Origin: an uncultured Gemmatimonadaceae bacterium
GTDB taxonomy: Bacteria; Gemmatimonadota; Gemmatimonadetes; Gemmatimonadales; Gemmatimonadaceae
Direction of reading: 5' to 3'
Assembly (NCBI GenBank): GCA_963761305.1
Contig: CAVXGK010000002.1
Coordinates: forward strand, 2,784,001 to 2,848,000
DNA length: 64,000 nucleotides
This document shows positions 62,030-64,000 of this stretch, one piece after another. Position 1 is the stretch's first letter. The number at the start of each line of letters is the position of its first letter. The notes under the pieces were generated by a model. The model searched no databases. It had not been told where the DNA came from and saw nothing but the letters and a program-made list of their open reading frames with translations. The translations under genes and the position numbers were made by a program.

Positions 62030-63031
62030 ATGCGTTGGATCGGCCTCGTGGGGTTGCTGCTGGTCAGTGCGTGCGGACGCTGGGCGTGGGTGCCGCCCTC
62101 GTCGCTTCCGCGAGCGACCACCATCCCCAACGGCACGATCCGCCAGGACTTGTTCGTCGCACCGTCGCTCGGCGTCGCGAAGCATGTCGTCATATATCTG
62201 CCGCCATCGTACGCGCACGACACGACGCGGCGATATCCCGTCGCGTACTATCTCCACGGCCTGTCGGGTTCGGAATCGGATTGGGTGGCGAAAGGCGGCA
62301 TCGACGCCGCGGCCGACTCGCTGTTCACGCGCGGCACGCCGGAGATGATCATCGTCATGCCCGACGGCGACGACGGCTGGTACACGACGTGGGTGAACCA
62401 GCTGGCGTACCGCACGTGCGCCGACACGCTGCACGGAGAGGCGCCCCAGTCGTATTGCGTCAAGCACCAACGCTACGACGACTACATCGCGCACGACGTC
62501 GTGCGGTACGTCGACGACCGCTACCGCACGCAGGCGGACCGCCAGCACCGCGGGATCGGCGGTCTGAGCATGGGCGGCTACGGAGCGCTCAGCATCGCGC
62601 TGCGCTTCCCCGACGTATTCAGCGCGGCGGCGAGTCATTCGGGCGTCGTGTCGCCGATGTACGTCGGCCCGCATCCGTTCGCCGAACCGGTCAAGTACGC
62701 GACCGACGGGGAGATCGCACGCCCCGCGGCCGCGACATACTTGGCACGCTATCAACTGTACTGGGGCACTGACCTCGAGCGCTGGCGCGCCGCCGATCCC
62801 GCGCACGAGGCGGAGCTCGTGCAGAAGCACGGCGCGCGAATGCCGGCGCTGTTCATCGACTGCGGGACCGAGGACGCGCTCGTCGATCAGAACCGAGCGC
62901 TACACGCCGAGCTGTCGCGTCTCGGCGTGCGGCACGAGTACGCCGAGTGGCCCGGCGCGCACACGTGGCGCTACTGGAGCACGCACGTGCGCGAGAGCTT
63001 GGCGTGGATGGGAAAACGAATTGGAGAGTGA
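62030..63031 (+). CDS. Lipoprotein esterase (Fes/antigen-85-like alpha/beta hydrolase)
   Basis: VSAC lipobox; YLPP.Y...RYPV.Y.LHG, GLSMGGYG, DCGTED, GAHTW.YW. Confidence 0.9.
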   Translation: MRWIGLVGLLLVSACGRWAWVPPSSLPRATTIPNGTIRQDLFVAPSLGVAKHVVIYLPPSYAHDTTRRYPVAYYLHGLSGSESDWVAKGGIDAAADSLFTRGTPEMIIVMPDGDDGWYTTWVNQLAYRTCADTLHGEAPQSYCVKHQRYDDYIAHDVVRYVDDRYRTQADRQHRGIGGLSMGGYGALSIALRFPDVFSAAASHSGVVSPMYVGPHPFAEPVKYATDGEIARPAAATYLARYQLYWGTDLERWRAADPAHEAELVQKHGARMPALFIDCGTEDALVDQNRALHAELSRLGVRHEYAEWPGAHTWRYWSTHVRESLAWMGKRIGE

Positions 63032-63060
63032 ATCGCCGGTGGACGGTAGGGCGGAGCGCG

Positions 63061-63315
63061 TCAGTTCGCCGCGCGGAAGCCTTCGGCGGTGAGCGCGCTC
63101 ATCACGCGAGAGCGGAGATCGGTGCTGATCTGCAGGTGAGGGCGAGCGGCGGCGACGGCGTCGAGGAACGCGTTCGCGAAATCAAAGTGCGAGTGGCAAT
63201 TGCCGCAGATCTCGAGGTGACGAACGATTCGCTCACGCTCCTCCTCGGAGAGCGCGCTATCGAGGTACGGCCACAGCCGCATGACGACGAATTCACATTC
63301 TGAGCGACTAGCCAT
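63061..63315 (-). CDS. Zinc-finger anti-sigma factor (zf-HC2/ZAS, RsrA-like)
   Basis: C-x25-HLEICGNC, YLD.AL; soluble 84 aa; overlaps the sigma gene stop. Confidence 0.9.
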   Translation of the reverse strand: MASRSECEFVVMRLWPYLDSALSEEERERIVRHLEICGNCHSHFDFANAFLDAVAAARPHLQISTDLRSRVMSALTAEGFRAAN

Positions 63316-63943
63316 GGCGGCGCTCCGGAATCGGACGAAAAGGCATTGGTGTCGGCCATGTCAAGGCGGTCGATGTCTTGAATCCCGCGTCGATCGCGTA
63401 GTCGATGAGGGATTCCTGAAGTTGTCGCCGCGCGCGGTAGAGGCGGGATCGCACGGTGCCAATCGGGATGTCGAGCGCGACGGCGACCTGCTCGTACGTG
63501 AAGTCGTCCACGTCCACCAACGTCACGACGTCGCGGTAGTGCGGCTCGAGCGCGGCGATGGCGTCGGCGATCGCCGGCCCGAGGTCGAGACGGCTGAACA
63601 TGCCGTCCAGATCGCTGGCTTTGGCGCGGTCGTGTTGACGCGTCGCCGCGAGGTTCTCGAGCTCCTGATCATCGGCCACGATTGATTTGGCGTCGCGGCG
63701 CTTCTTCTCGGCGAACACGTGGCGGCAGATGGTGGAGAGCCAGGCCTTGCAATCCGAACCGGGCAGGAACGTGTGCCAGTGCCGATACGCGCGCAGAAAG
63801 GTCTCCTGCACGAGATCGTCGGCGTCGGCCGGATCCTGCGCCAGCGCCGCCGCGACGCGCGCGATCGTCGGAAGCAGCGGTAGCGCCGTCTCCGCGAACT
63901 CTCGGTCGCGATCAGAAGTCGTTGGAGGCGCTGGTGGTGGCAT
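63308..63943 (-). CDS. ECF sigma factor (SigR/SigH-like)
   Basis: DADDLVQETFLRAY, KAWL..I, F.YE..A..L.IPIGTVRSRLYRAR. Confidence 0.93.
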   Translation of the reverse strand: MPPPAPPTTSDRDREFAETALPLLPTIARVAAALAQDPADADDLVQETFLRAYRHWHTFLPGSDCKAWLSTICRHVFAEKKRRDAKSIVADDQELENLAATRQHDRAKASDLDGMFSRLDLGPAIADAIAALEPHYRDVVTLVDVDDFTYEQVAVALDIPIGTVRSRLYRARRQLQESLIDYAIDAGFKTSTALTWPTPMPFRPIPERRHG

Positions 63944-64000
63944 CGTGAGCAGAACGGTGTGGGCTTGCAGAGAGTTCCGTTGCGAGTGGACGGCTGAGCC

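Overview
High-GC bacterial chromosomal window of about 60 CDSs. The style (Hanks-type Ser/Thr kinase-TPR receptors, many signal-peptide amidohydrolases and M20 peptidases) suggests Gemmatimonadota, which is an inference. I found no rRNA, tRNA, CRISPR array, integrase or transposase. Recognisable blocks are: a sufB-sufC-sufD-sufU-sufS Fe-S operon with an IscR/Rrf2-like box; an orphan PaoB/YagS-type FAD subunit; a ModBC/WtpBC-type ABC pair with no binding protein; a NatAB-like ABC exporter; a TMEM175 K+ channel; and an ECF sigma/ZAS anti-sigma pair. The best candidate for an undescribed system is 14.9-28.9 kb. There a KdpDE-like two-component system without kdpFABC, a TolC/MFP/CzcA-type RND pump with four 11-bp-phased operator boxes, an SDR-type reductase and an MFS lie next to an ACP-ketosynthase-divergent alpha-oxoamine synthase operon. 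This may be a make-export-sense module for an amino-ketone or sphingoid-like lipid or signal. Also notable are several intergenic long-hairpin and short-repeat elements, a (GTGGACGG)n G-quadruplex-type array, a 21-bp repeat that reads as a coiled-coil heptad on the minus strand, an HTH-ZAS-TM fusion protein and a compositionally atypical kinase/lipoprotein pair. Three single-base frameshifts look like consensus errors. Family names come from motif recognition only; no database search was run.
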